Shown in pieces: positions 37,632 to 47,072 of a DNA stretch of 64,000 nt (position 1 is its first letter; each line of letters begins with the position of its first letter). The notes under the pieces were generated by a model. It made no database searches and was not told the DNA's origin. It saw only the letters and a list, made by a program, of their open reading frames with translations. Origin of the DNA: Thermoproteota archaeon (GTDB taxonomy: Archaea > Korarchaeota > Korarchaeia > Korarchaeales > Korarchaeaceae); NCBI GenBank assembly GCA_027491395.1, contig JAOZFI010000041.1, positions 64,001 through 128,000 on the forward strand, in the 5' to 3' direction. The position numbers and the translations under genes were made by a program.

Positions 37632-37950
37632 AACCCCCTTCTTCTTCGATAGAACGGTTCCTAGAGACCTCTACTTCTCCATCCAGAGGAGACTGAACTA
37701 TCTAGGATACGGAGCTGTCTGGCAACCAAGAAGCGCGGTTAAGGGCAGGAATAGGGATATAAGGGAGATACTAGATTACTGCGTGGCTAGGGGGATAAAA
37801 CTGTACATCACATTTTCAAGGAGAATTACCATTCCACCTGAATACGAAAATAAAATAAAACTAATTAGGCTTAAAGGTGGAAGAAAGAAAACTATAAATA
37901 AGATTTTGGCTCTTTTATTTATAGAGCTCGCTTCTAGGGAAAAGAATTAA
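37588..37950 (+). CDS. Small basic protein, possibly PIN-like (DUF5615/Mut7-C-like) fold
   Basis: FFFDRTVP...LNYLGY...DIREILDYC...YITF resembles FL.D..V....L...G...D..I......LT; lower GC than neighbours. Confidence 0.5.
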   Translation: MRSGKSRGVKRKKYRTPFFFDRTVPRDLYFSIQRRLNYLGYGAVWQPRSAVKGRNRDIREILDYCVARGIKLYITFSRRITIPPEYENKIKLIRLKGGRKKTINKILALLFIELASREKN

Positions 37951-37990
37951 TAAACCGGTGACCCATTGAACTCGGGGAGGATATAGGGAA

Positions 37991-38305
37991 TTGCTGAGTT
38001 TCCGGCCTTCCGAGGATGAGGAAGGTGAAAGTAGACGTATCGTAGTCAGGAGACTCGTATTGGATGTAGTAAAGCCACACAACCCTAACATAGTCGACAT
38101 GGCCGAGGGGCTCTCCGAGCTGAAGGGAGTCAAGAAGGTGGATATAGAGGTGAAGGATTACGACTCCACGATCGAGAGGCTGAAGATAATCTTGGAGGGA
38201 GACGACCTAGACTACGACGAGATAGTGAAGGTGATCAGGTACTACGGGGGGAATGTGGCGAGCCTCGATGGGGTTACGGTCGAGACCGAGTCTGGATCGG
38301 AGTGA
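37991..38305 (+). CDS. DUF211 family protein
   Basis: RRLVLDVVKPH.P...LSELKGV...EG..LDYDEI...GGNVASLD. Confidence 0.85.
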   Translation: MLSFRPSEDEEGESRRIVVRRLVLDVVKPHNPNIVDMAEGLSELKGVKKVDIEVKDYDSTIERLKIILEGDDLDYDEIVKVIRYYGGNVASLDGVTVETESGSE

Positions 38306-39620
38306 GTTCAGGTTCTATCTGGAGACTCACGGCTGCTCAATGAACAGATCAGACTCCCAAATAATGGAAAGCCTGCTCAAGAAGGCAGGCTGGACAAGAG
38401 TGGATAGACCGGAGGAAGCTGACGTTCTCATTCTGAACACATGTAATGTGAAGAAGCCCACTGAGCAGAGGATGCTTCACAGGGCCAAGGTGCTATCAGA
38501 GTATGGTCCCCTCATAGCGGCAGGATGCATGGCTAAGTCTCAACCCGAGCTGCTCAGGCCCTACTCTAAGGTCTTGATGGCGCCCAGATCCATAGATAGC
38601 ATTGTAGAGGCCGCATTCTTAGCTCTAGAGGGGAAAGAGGGGGAGTTCTTGGAGTGGAAGAGGCTGGATAAGGCCTCATATGATAGGGACCCCGCGAATC
38701 TAATCGGGATAGTTCCCATCGCCGAGGGCTGTCTAGGTTCCTGCACTTACTGCATAACTAAGCTGGCTAGGGGAGGACTGACTAGCTTCCCCAAGGAGAG
38801 CATCATCGACAGAATCTGGGACTTCCTGAACAGGGGGGTAGTGGAGATCTGGTTGACAGCGGAGGACACCGGGGTGTATGGTTGGGATATCGGGACCGAT
38901 CTACCGGACCTATTGGACGGTATCACCTCGCTTAAGGGGGAGTTCAGGATCAGGGTTGGAATGATGACCCCTAACTCCGCCCTGAGGATAGCTGATAGGT
39001 TGCTCGACTCATTCGAGAGCCCTAAACTGTACAAATTCTTCCATTTACCGGTTCAGAGCGGTTCAAACAGGATCCTCAGGTTGATGGGAAGGGACTACAC
39101 GGTGGAGGAGTTCATCTCCCTAGTGAAGCGCATAAGGGAGTGGTACGAGGACTCCACCATAAGCACTGACATCATAGTTGGATTCCCAGGTGAAACGGAG
39201 GACGATTTCCATCGAACTCTGAAGCTCTTGGAGGAGATAGAGCCGGATGTAGTGAACCTGAGCAGGTTTGGACCCAGACCCAAGACGAAGGCCGCCTCAT
39301 TACCCCAACTCCCCGCTAGCGTGATCAAGAGGAGAAGCAAGGTGGCGATGGAACTGATAGAGGAGATAAAGGAGAGAAGGAACGAGAGGTTTTTGGGGAG
39401 GGATCTGGTGGTACTCGCCTCAGAGATCACCCCTAAGGGGACTCAAGGCAGGACCCCTTCATACAAACCCGTGGCCTTGGGGCAGGTCGAACCCGGATAC
39501 TTCTATGAAGTCATCATCGAGGGCTTCAAGGGCAACTACTTGCTAGGGCGGGTTGTAAGAAGACTCGGGAGGGCGGGCCTCAACTTTAACGTCCAAGTAG
39601 AGGAGTGCCCGTCTAGATAA
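38253..39620 (+). CDS. mtaB: tRNA t6A37 methylthiotransferase (archaeal e-MtaB/CDKAL1 type)
   Basis: THGCSMN..DS, NTC.VK, GCMA, GCLGSCTYC, TDIIVGFPGETEDDF, C-terminal TRAM domain; exact start uncertain. Confidence 0.9.
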   Translation: MWRASMGLRSRPSLDRSEFRFYLETHGCSMNRSDSQIMESLLKKAGWTRVDRPEEADVLILNTCNVKKPTEQRMLHRAKVLSEYGPLIAAGCMAKSQPELLRPYSKVLMAPRSIDSIVEAAFLALEGKEGEFLEWKRLDKASYDRDPANLIGIVPIAEGCLGSCTYCITKLARGGLTSFPKESIIDRIWDFLNRGVVEIWLTAEDTGVYGWDIGTDLPDLLDGITSLKGEFRIRVGMMTPNSALRIADRLLDSFESPKLYKFFHLPVQSGSNRILRLMGRDYTVEEFISLVKRIREWYEDSTISTDIIVGFPGETEDDFHRTLKLLEEIEPDVVNLSRFGPRPKTKAASLPQLPASVIKRRSKVAMELIEEIKERRNERFLGRDLVVLASEITPKGTQGRTPSYKPVALGQVEPGYFYEVIIEGFKGNYLLGRVVRRLGRAGLNFNVQVEECPSR

Positions 39621-39646
39621 GTCCCGTGAAAAAGGTAGATGGGAGA

Positions 39647-40015
39647 TCAAGACCTGTCTAACCCGCTCTTCACCTCCACCGCATTTTGCTGCTTGGGCTT
39701 AAACAGCTTGACTAGGGCCTTGTACACATTCCAAGCCCACGTCTCATCTGAGAATCCTACCACATTGACGGTAGCGTAAGAGTGTTCCGGCCATGTGTGT
39801 ATGGCTACGTAACCCTTTCTCATCATGAGGAAGCCGCTTACGCCATACGGCTCGAACTCGTGTACGTGCACATGTACGCTCTCCTCTCCGACCTCCTCAG
39901 CTAACCTCCTCAGCATCTCCTCCATGAGGGAGGGGGAATCCAATATCTCCCTATCCTCCACATCGTAGAGCTCCGCGATCACCTGCGTCTCTTTAGGCCT
40001 TACTTCAGAGTTCAT
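39647..40015 (-). CDS. AdoMetDC (SpeD) proenzyme-like protein lacking the self-cleavage Ser
   Basis: HEFEPYGVSG...IHTWPE..YA fold motifs present; canonical ESH is replaced by KGY and D(V/I)FTCG by NVVGFS. Confidence 0.85.
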   Translation of the reverse strand: MNSEVRPKETQVIAELYDVEDREILDSPSLMEEMLRRLAEEVGEESVHVHVHEFEPYGVSGFLMMRKGYVAIHTWPEHSYATVNVVGFSDETWAWNVYKALVKLFKPKQQNAVEVKSGLDRS

Positions 40016-40676
40016 AGCTCTCTCCCGGTTTCAGAGCTATCACTTCACAGTCCAGACCCTCCTCCCTGAGCAACTCCCTCAGTTCCTCCGGCCTGCCCTT
40101 GAGGACCGGGAATGTCTCGTAGTGCATGGGAATCACCTTCTTAACTCCGAGAAGCTCTATAGCCTTGGCTGCCTCGAGGGGCCCCATCACGAAGTGACCA
40201 CCTATGGGCAGAAGCGCCAGATCTGGCCTGTACAGCTCACCTATTAACTTCATGTCGTAGAAGACGCCCGTATCACCAGCGTGATATATTCTCTTACCGT
40301 CTAACTCCACCACGACACCAGTAGGGGCTCCAATGGGACTGCTGTGGACGGCGGTCGTCAGGACCATCCTCACTCCATCTACCTCGAAGAATCCACCTAT
40401 GTTAGCTCCCACGGTCTTCTCGACACCTCTGTTCCCGGCCTCCATCGCGATCTCGTAGATACTAACGATTGTTCCTCCATGGGATTTCGCCAGCTTAACG
40501 GCGTCGTCGAGACCGTGATCCCCATGAGCGTGCGTCACCACGTAGATATCAGCTCCCTTACACTGGTCTATTGATATAGGGGACTGAGGGTTGCCCTCTA
40601 TCCATGGATCTATGAGCACCCTCTTACTGCCCTCCAGTAGGAAGGCCGAGTGTCCTAAGAATGTGACCTTGACCAT
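40005..40676 (-). CDS. UPF0173 metal-dependent hydrolase (MBL fold)
   Basis: FLGHSAF, IDPW, THAHGDH, AVHSS, YHAGDT, LPIGG, PMHY. Confidence 0.92.
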   Translation of the reverse strand: MVKVTFLGHSAFLLEGSKRVLIDPWIEGNPQSPISIDQCKGADIYVVTHAHGDHGLDDAVKLAKSHGGTIVSIYEIAMEAGNRGVEKTVGANIGGFFEVDGVRMVLTTAVHSSPIGAPTGVVVELDGKRIYHAGDTGVFYDMKLIGELYRPDLALLPIGGHFVMGPLEAAKAIELLGVKKVIPMHYETFPVLKGRPEELRELLREEGLDCEVIALKPGESYEL

Positions 40677-40716
40677 CTTATCACCCCGCAGGGAGTCCCA
40701 CGGAAAGAGATAACTC

Positions 40717-41391
40717 TTACTCCCGCCAACCCATCGCGCGCTTCAGCCTCTCTAAGATGCTCCTTCTCCTTTCCCTCTTAGTATCCCTCTCTACCCTCGA
40801 GAGGGCCGTGAGGATTTTCGTCCTTATGGAGCTCCTCTTCTCAACCCTCAGCATCCCAGCTAGGAAGGCGAAGACGTCATCCTTAGACGCGTTCTTCGAG
40901 AGGGAAGTTACGAGGGCCTCCCTGACCTTAGGAGAGGGGTCCTCCCTGAATGTCCTCAGCAGTTCTAAGGGAACCTCTCCCTCGTCGAAGAGCTTGGAAG
41001 CGCACTTGAGGTATGCCACCCTCACCTCAGGATTGGGATCCTCAGCCCAGTTCCTCAGCGATTCAATGGTCTCCCTGTCACATATCTCACGGAGAACCAG
41101 CAAAGCGAGGTCCCCTAAGACTCCATCGACGAGCTGTTCCCTCAGTATATTGAGAAGGGCGTCCTTAGTTAACTGCTTTGTAATGTATCCTTCTAGAGCC
41201 CTAGCCAATCTGAGCATCTCGGAGGCCATGCGCTCGTCGCAGACACCTTCTTCCTCACATTCTCTTATAATCTTCAGAATAACATTCATCCCATTATCTA
41301 AATCTCCTGATAACAATTGTGAAATTGAATTATACAACACTTGAACGTAGTGCTCAAACCTTTCTGAAGCCATCTGACCTAACTGGCGCAA
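40717..41391 (-). CDS. HEAT-repeat protein
   Basis: EDPNPEVRVA, EDPSPKVREA, EKRSSIRTKI repeats. Confidence 0.72.
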   Translation of the reverse strand: MRQLGQMASERFEHYVQVLYNSISQLLSGDLDNGMNVILKIIRECEEEGVCDERMASEMLRLARALEGYITKQLTKDALLNILREQLVDGVLGDLALLVLREICDRETIESLRNWAEDPNPEVRVAYLKCASKLFDEGEVPLELLRTFREDPSPKVREALVTSLSKNASKDDVFAFLAGMLRVEKRSSIRTKILTALSRVERDTKRERRRSILERLKRAMGWRE

Positions 41392-41435
41392 GCGTTTATT
41401 ATAAGTTGACCACCACTATCCTGCGGTGATAAAAG

Positions 41436-43178
41436 GTGGTTGTGGAAATACCGGCGCCGCGGTTCATTGAAGTCGATGGTAGGAAGATTGCAATAGGCGG
41501 TCCGCGGCCGAAGCTCAGGGAGGGGGAGAAATTACTCAGACATACATCATCGGTGTGTCCGGTTTGCTATAGGTTACTACCCGCAATCATATTCGAGAGG
41601 GATGGGGCTGTTTACATAAGGAAGGAGTGCCCCGAGCACGGAGAGTTCGAAGACCTTTACTGGGGAGATGCCGAGATGTTCAAGAGGGCCATGGAGTTCG
41701 AGGTTCCCGGAAGGGGGATCTACCCCCCCCACACCGAACTCCTCGCCCCATGTCCCTTCTCCTGCGGCATATGCCCGGCCCACCAGAACACGACGGCCCT
41801 AGCGAACTTGGTGGTGACCAACAGGTGTAACCTCGATTGCTGGTACTGCTTTTTCTACGCCGAGAAGGCCGGTTACGTGTATGAACCCACCTTGGAGGAG
41901 ATAGATAAGATGGTAGATCTCCTCATAAAGGAGAAGCCAGCCCATGGGAATGCCATCCAGATAACGGGCGGAGAGCCCACCCTGAGGGAGGATCTGGTTG
42001 AGATAGTTAGGCTCCTCAGGAGGAAGGGCATCACTCACATACAACTCAACACCCAGGGCATCATCTTCGTGGAGAAACCTTGGCTCATGAGGGAGCTGAG
42101 GGAAGCAGGGGTCAACACTATATACATGAGCTTCGATGGAGTCACCCCTGAAGCCAACCCCAAGAACCACTGGGAGATCCCGTACATACTAGAGGCCGCC
42201 AGGAAGGCGGGCATGACGAGTTTAGTGCTCGTTCCCACCGTGATAAAGGGGATAAATGATCACGAGGTAGGTGACATGGTCAGGTTCGCCGCCTACAATA
42301 TAGATGTCGTCAGAGGAGTGAATTACCAGCCGGTCTCCCTCACCGGACAGATGCCCAAGGCCGAGAGGGAGAAGTATAGGATAACTATCCCAGATGTCAT
42401 AAGGAAGATAGAGGAGCAGACCGATGGACAGATATACAGGGAGGCTTGGTATCCGGTTCCGTTCACCGTGGCCGTGAGCGAGTTCATCGAGGCCGTGACC
42501 GGCGAGCCCAAGCTCATGATGACCAATCACCCCGCCTGCGGGATGGCCACCTACGTCTTCCCAGTGTTCGAGAGGGTCGATGGTAAGAAGAGGGTAACTA
42601 GATTCATCCCGATAACGGACTTCGTTGATGTAGATGGCTTTTATCAGTTCCTCAAGGAAAAGGCTAGGGAGATCAAGGAGGAGCACAAGAACAGGTGGCT
42701 CACCCTCCTCAAGGTGGTAGCTAAACTCCCAAGTTTCATAGAGAAGGACAAGCAACCCCCAGGCATTAACCTCATCGGAATACTCAGGAAGATAATACTC
42801 CAGAGGAGCTATAAGGCGCTAGGAGAGTTCCACTACAAGTCGCTCTTCTTGGGAATGATGCACTTCATGGACCTGTACAACTACGATGTCCAGAGGGTGA
42901 TGAGGTGTGACATACACTATCTCTCTCCTGATGGTAGGGTAATACCCTTCTGTACCTACAACGTGCTCTCTGACCTCTACAGGGACAAGATAATCAAGGA
43001 GTACTCGATGAGCTTCGAGGAATACGAGCGCAAGTACGGAAAGGGATTGATAGGCGCTGAGAGTAAGTACAGGAGGGACATTCCAAAGCTGGAGAATACT
43101 GAGATATACGTGAGAACCTACGAGCCCTTCTTCCACAAGTTCAGAAGGCTTCCCGCTATAGTGAGGAAATCCCAGTGA
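41436..43178 (+). CDS. tes: Tetraether lipid synthase (Tes / GDGT-MAS, MJ0619 family) radical SAM
   Basis: N-terminal SVCPVC...CPEHG, CPFSCGICPAH, TNRCNLDCWYCF, HPACG, MHFMDLYNYD..RV.RC.IHY, IPFCTYN. Confidence 0.9.
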   Translation: MVVEIPAPRFIEVDGRKIAIGGPRPKLREGEKLLRHTSSVCPVCYRLLPAIIFERDGAVYIRKECPEHGEFEDLYWGDAEMFKRAMEFEVPGRGIYPPHTELLAPCPFSCGICPAHQNTTALANLVVTNRCNLDCWYCFFYAEKAGYVYEPTLEEIDKMVDLLIKEKPAHGNAIQITGGEPTLREDLVEIVRLLRRKGITHIQLNTQGIIFVEKPWLMRELREAGVNTIYMSFDGVTPEANPKNHWEIPYILEAARKAGMTSLVLVPTVIKGINDHEVGDMVRFAAYNIDVVRGVNYQPVSLTGQMPKAEREKYRITIPDVIRKIEEQTDGQIYREAWYPVPFTVAVSEFIEAVTGEPKLMMTNHPACGMATYVFPVFERVDGKKRVTRFIPITDFVDVDGFYQFLKEKAREIKEEHKNRWLTLLKVVAKLPSFIEKDKQPPGINLIGILRKIILQRSYKALGEFHYKSLFLGMMHFMDLYNYDVQRVMRCDIHYLSPDGRVIPFCTYNVLSDLYRDKIIKEYSMSFEEYERKYGKGLIGAESKYRRDIPKLENTEIYVRTYEPFFHKFRRLPAIVRKSQ

Positions 43179-43184
43179 GCCAAA

Positions 43185-44342
43185 TTGTACGACGTAGCTG
43201 TTGTGGGTGCCGGCCCTACTGGGGCCGCCCTATCTCATTTCCTGTCCTCCAAGGGGTTCACGGTACTCGTCATAGAGAAGGATCCACAGCCCGGGATTAG
43301 AACCATCTGTGGCGAGTATCTGCCAGATCCTAGTTCACTCAAGTTGGAGGGAGATGTCGCCTCGGCCTATTTGGACTTTTTCGAACCGTTCATCGTGCAC
43401 AGAATGGAAAGGATAGTGATGGAGATAGGGAACAGGGAATTCGAGACCAATTATGCTGGATACTCCGTGGATAGGAGGGCAATGATCGTCTCTAGGCTAG
43501 AAGAGTCCTTGGCAGAGGGAACCATCCTCAAAACTGGAGAGGCTTTCATCACGGCTCGGTTCGTGGATGATGCTTACGAGGTGAGGACGTCCAAGGACAG
43601 GTACAGGGCGAGGTACCTAGTAGGGGCGGATGGATTCGATAGCAGAGTTGCCAAGCTGATAAACGGGAGTACAACACTCAAGTGCGACGATCTTGCGCTA
43701 GCCTTCTCCACTGAGGTCACGATGGAGATGAATGAGCCTGACGTGATGAGGTTAGTGATAAGCGAGTCATTGGCTCCAGGTACCTACGCTTGGGTTATCC
43801 CTAGGTCCGAGAACACTGCGAACGTTGGGGTTGGTGTCAGGCTCAATATGATCAACGGGTTTGACCCCAAGAGAGCTCTCAAGGAACATCTTGCTAGGCT
43901 GAATGCAACGGTCGAACCTGAGCTCAGGGGCAGATACGTCCCGGCCGGGGGCATGCTAGGCAAGGTTCAAGAAGGGGGAATTTTCCTCGCAGGAGATTCG
44001 GCTGGCATGACGGTTCCCTCCAACGGTGGGGGCATGCATACGGGCATAATAGCCGCATACCTCTTAACCAGATCGCTGGCGGATGACAGGCCGGAGGGCT
44101 ACGTGCCCTCCGTTGACAGGGTAGTTAGGCCGATGGTGGACACGGGCCTCATCCACAGGAGGGCCGCCGACTTCCTGCTGAGGACTGGCCTCCTGTGGAG
44201 AACCCTAAGGTTTCTACCCCATTCTTTAGTCGAGGAAGTGATAAGGGTGGAGCGCGGGCCATATTATCCCCTGCTCAAACTACTTTCCTCGCTCTACGGG
44301 CAAGTAAGGGGCAAAGTCGGTAGCTATCCAGCCTGTAGATAG
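43185..44342 (+). CDS. Geranylgeranyl reductase family (digeranylgeranylglycerophospholipid reductase-like)
   Basis: VVGAGPTG, ICGE, VGADG, PGTYAWVIP, AGDSAG...P..GGG. Confidence 0.85.
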   Translation: MYDVAVVGAGPTGAALSHFLSSKGFTVLVIEKDPQPGIRTICGEYLPDPSSLKLEGDVASAYLDFFEPFIVHRMERIVMEIGNREFETNYAGYSVDRRAMIVSRLEESLAEGTILKTGEAFITARFVDDAYEVRTSKDRYRARYLVGADGFDSRVAKLINGSTTLKCDDLALAFSTEVTMEMNEPDVMRLVISESLAPGTYAWVIPRSENTANVGVGVRLNMINGFDPKRALKEHLARLNATVEPELRGRYVPAGGMLGKVQEGGIFLAGDSAGMTVPSNGGGMHTGIIAAYLLTRSLADDRPEGYVPSVDRVVRPMVDTGLIHRRAADFLLRTGLLWRTLRFLPHSLVEEVIRVERGPYYPLLKLLSSLYGQVRGKVGSYPACR

Positions 44343-45393
44343 GATCCTCACACTCATCACATACCAAGACTACATCGAACTCGCTGGAATATGCCAGAGA
44401 ATCCTCAATCGACGTGATTATCCCCCCTCCTCTCCTCAAGGAAGAGATGAGCCATCTGATCTCGTCCTTTATCTGGTACGGTGCCCTTTCCTCCGTGAGA
44501 GGGCTGAGCAAGGGAGTGATAACCACGAAATCTCTCCTCTCGTAGGCAACTGATTGGAGCAAGGTGATCAAGGAGGTCGCATCCTTGCCCGCAGTTGATA
44601 GCCCTGAGGCATCTATTATCAGGACGCCCGCCACTTCGGGCAGCGCCTCATGCAGCAAAGATCCATCCTCACCGAACAGCTGTCTCAGCAGAGACCTACC
44701 TGGCTCCGGGATCCTTATGTCATCTAGCAGTGAGACGTCACCCGTCTTCAGGACCTCACTTATAACGGAAGGATTCACTCCGATCAGGTAAGAGAGGAGG
44801 AGAGATGCCGTCATGTAATAGGATGGCCCGAGACTACCAGCATGGCTGAATCTGAGATCTTCTGGCCTAGCGATCTTAATTTCAGTGTTTTTCAGCCTAT
44901 CAGCAGCGTCACCGCTCCAGTCGACTAGGATCACCCTCCTATTGGTGGAGATGAGGGAGGCCAGCGATATCGCTAGGGAACTTGCCAGACCTACGGATTT
45001 GCAGACAGTTAGTACCGACTTGAACGAGAGAGATAACAGGTCCTGCTCACTCTGATGCTCGTCCTCTTCCCTCATCTCATCTTTAGAGATCGACATCGTG
45101 GAGATGAAGGTGAGCAGCAGCAATAGGGGGAATAGTAGTGACCCCAAGGCTAGAGGGACGTAGTACCTCAGATCAACGTTACCTCTGATCCTGAAACCAA
45201 AATAGAAGAGAATACTCGCTATGGAGATGTTAATCAATCTCTGAGGCATCCTCACAGGCCATATCCTCACAATCTCCACAGAAAGGAACAAGAACCCGAG
45301 TATCAGGAGTAGTAGGGATAGCACACCTTCAGGCCCCTTGAAGATCCTCTTGAAAAGGGAGAGTAAGGAGATCACGCCTCCAACTCTCCCCAC
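44275..45393 (-). CDS. Membrane protein with a degenerate HerA/VirB4-like ATPase domain
   Basis: Three N-terminal TMs, then SVLTVCKSVGLASSLA...VILVDWSGD...LIIDASGL (Walker A eroded). Confidence 0.55.
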   Translation of the reverse strand: MGRVGGVISLLSLFKRIFKGPEGVLSLLLLILGFLFLSVEIVRIWPVRMPQRLINISIASILFYFGFRIRGNVDLRYYVPLALGSLLFPLLLLLTFISTMSISKDEMREEDEHQSEQDLLSLSFKSVLTVCKSVGLASSLAISLASLISTNRRVILVDWSGDAADRLKNTEIKIARPEDLRFSHAGSLGPSYYMTASLLLSYLIGVNPSVISEVLKTGDVSLLDDIRIPEPGRSLLRQLFGEDGSLLHEALPEVAGVLIIDASGLSTAGKDATSLITLLQSVAYERRDFVVITPLLSPLTEERAPYQIKDEIRWLISSLRRGGGIITSIEDSLAYSSEFDVVLVCDECEDPIYRLDSYRLCPLLARRARKVV

Positions 45394-47072
45394 TTTGATA
45401 GAAGTAGCTCTAGGTATCTGAGTTTCTCGAGGAGATACCTCATCTCAGCCCGGTGAATGACTTCCATTTGTCCCTCTACAGACTCAACGCCTAGCAGGAA
45501 GCCCTCCACTCCAGCGGACAGGGCCTCACTTATCAGATCAACCGAAGGAACCTCCTCTTTCAGATCTACCATGAGATGGTCGAAGCGGGAGGCTAGGGAG
45601 AGGGATGCACTGAACCCCTCGAGATTCACTGGCAGTACAGCGCCATCGTAGATGTCAGACAGCTCATCGGACATCAGCACCAATTCTGCCTTTCCTAAGT
45701 AGATTAAGAACTCAGAGCTCGGAGAAGACGCTGCAATAGAAAAAAGCTTTTCTTTGGCTTCCTTAGGGTTATCTGCTACCACTAACACCTTAACCTCACC
45801 TAAATCCCCTATGTTTGAGGGGTCCCTCAAGATAACGATGTGATCTCCAGGGCCTAATCCGCTCAGCTCGTCCACTTCTACGATCCAGCCGTCCACCAGC
45901 CCTCTCGGGAGTTCCGCCGGGTACCTGACGTAGATCTTGGAGGCCACCAGCGCGACCGGGGAGATCTCCACCTCCCTCGGAGCTACCTTTCCCGGGCGAG
46001 TGAGGGGCTCCGCCTTCTTCACCTCCTTTGATCTCTCCTCCTTAATTTCCCTGACTTCCCTCCTCTCCTCCAGCCAATTAATGACCTTCCTCTCCAACGG
46101 CTTAACAGGCGGCCTCTCCGGCTCCTTGTGGGCCTGTATCACGAATAGAACGTCCGTGCCCTCCTGAATTACCCACTCCATAAGAGTGGGGGTCCCCAAG
46201 ATCAGTGAGAGATCAGAGGATGTTCTAGCTATTTCCTCTATCTCCCCTCCCTTCACCGAGGGCTCCATCCACAGGTGATGGGGGACCTCCACCTCACGTA
46301 TGCCCTGAGGGCTGGGTACGAGCTTAATCTTCTTCTCACTCAGCTCACTCTCCACGACCTCCATGAGGTCCATGCTGATCCTGAACCTGTCCTTCGGAAC
46401 TCCATTCATCGATCCCCAAGTCGACTCAACTAGGATCTCATTTCTCCTCCTGGCGGGACAGCAGATGGCGATCCCACTCGATCTCGGAAAGATGACCTTC
46501 TGTATCATTATCGCTAGATCCAGATCCTCCGGATATACGCCGAGATCCATCATCCTAGCTATGGCCTTAAGTGAGAAGGAGCTACCCAGTACCCTCTGGA
46601 TGGATCTCACGATCCCTTTTTTCGTTGGCTCGTCGTACCACACGCCCATCCTGCCCTTGAGGTCCCCATCGACGAGCTCGGATGCATAAGGGGACGGTCT
46701 AGCGACAATCATTTTCTCGACATTACCTGCGATGGAGTCCATTATCCCATCCAACAGATCCTCGGGGATCGATAGGGAGCTTATCTTTGATCTGACCTCC
46801 TTCTCAAGTTCAAAGGCCTTCTCCGGCCTGTCCGAGTCCATCACTATCCTAGAGAGCTTGAAAATGTCGTGTCTTATCCCGGACTCCGACATCAACTGGG
46901 ATATCACATCGCTGGGTATGATGACAGTGAAGGGAACCCTAGCACCGGTGCCCTTCACCTTGGACAGGTTCCAAGCCTTCAACCCCACCTCCATCTCAGT
47001 GTGCTTGGGGACATCATCCAAACTGATTAGCAAGACATCACCCCCACCTGAACTCAATACTGTCACCCACAT
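45372..47072 (-). CDS. Degenerate PEP synthase/PPDK-like protein (PEP/pyruvate-binding ATP-grasp domain)
   Basis: VGLKAWNL, VPFTVII, AIMIQKVI..RSSGI, ESTWG, EW...LFVIQA; the RSS...ED...SFAG motif is eroded and no phospho-His domain is visible. Confidence 0.75.
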   Translation of the reverse strand: MWVTVLSSGGGDVLLISLDDVPKHTEMEVGLKAWNLSKVKGTGARVPFTVIIPSDVISQLMSESGIRHDIFKLSRIVMDSDRPEKAFELEKEVRSKISSLSIPEDLLDGIMDSIAGNVEKMIVARPSPYASELVDGDLKGRMGVWYDEPTKKGIVRSIQRVLGSSFSLKAIARMMDLGVYPEDLDLAIMIQKVIFPRSSGIAICCPARRRNEILVESTWGSMNGVPKDRFRISMDLMEVVESELSEKKIKLVPSPQGIREVEVPHHLWMEPSVKGGEIEEIARTSSDLSLILGTPTLMEWVIQEGTDVLFVIQAHKEPERPPVKPLERKVINWLEERREVREIKEERSKEVKKAEPLTRPGKVAPREVEISPVALVASKIYVRYPAELPRGLVDGWIVEVDELSGLGPGDHIVILRDPSNIGDLGEVKVLVVADNPKEAKEKLFSIAASSPSSEFLIYLGKAELVLMSDELSDIYDGAVLPVNLEGFSASLSLASRFDHLMVDLKEEVPSVDLISEALSAGVEGFLLGVESVEGQMEVIHRAEMRYLLEKLRYLELLLSKWGELEA

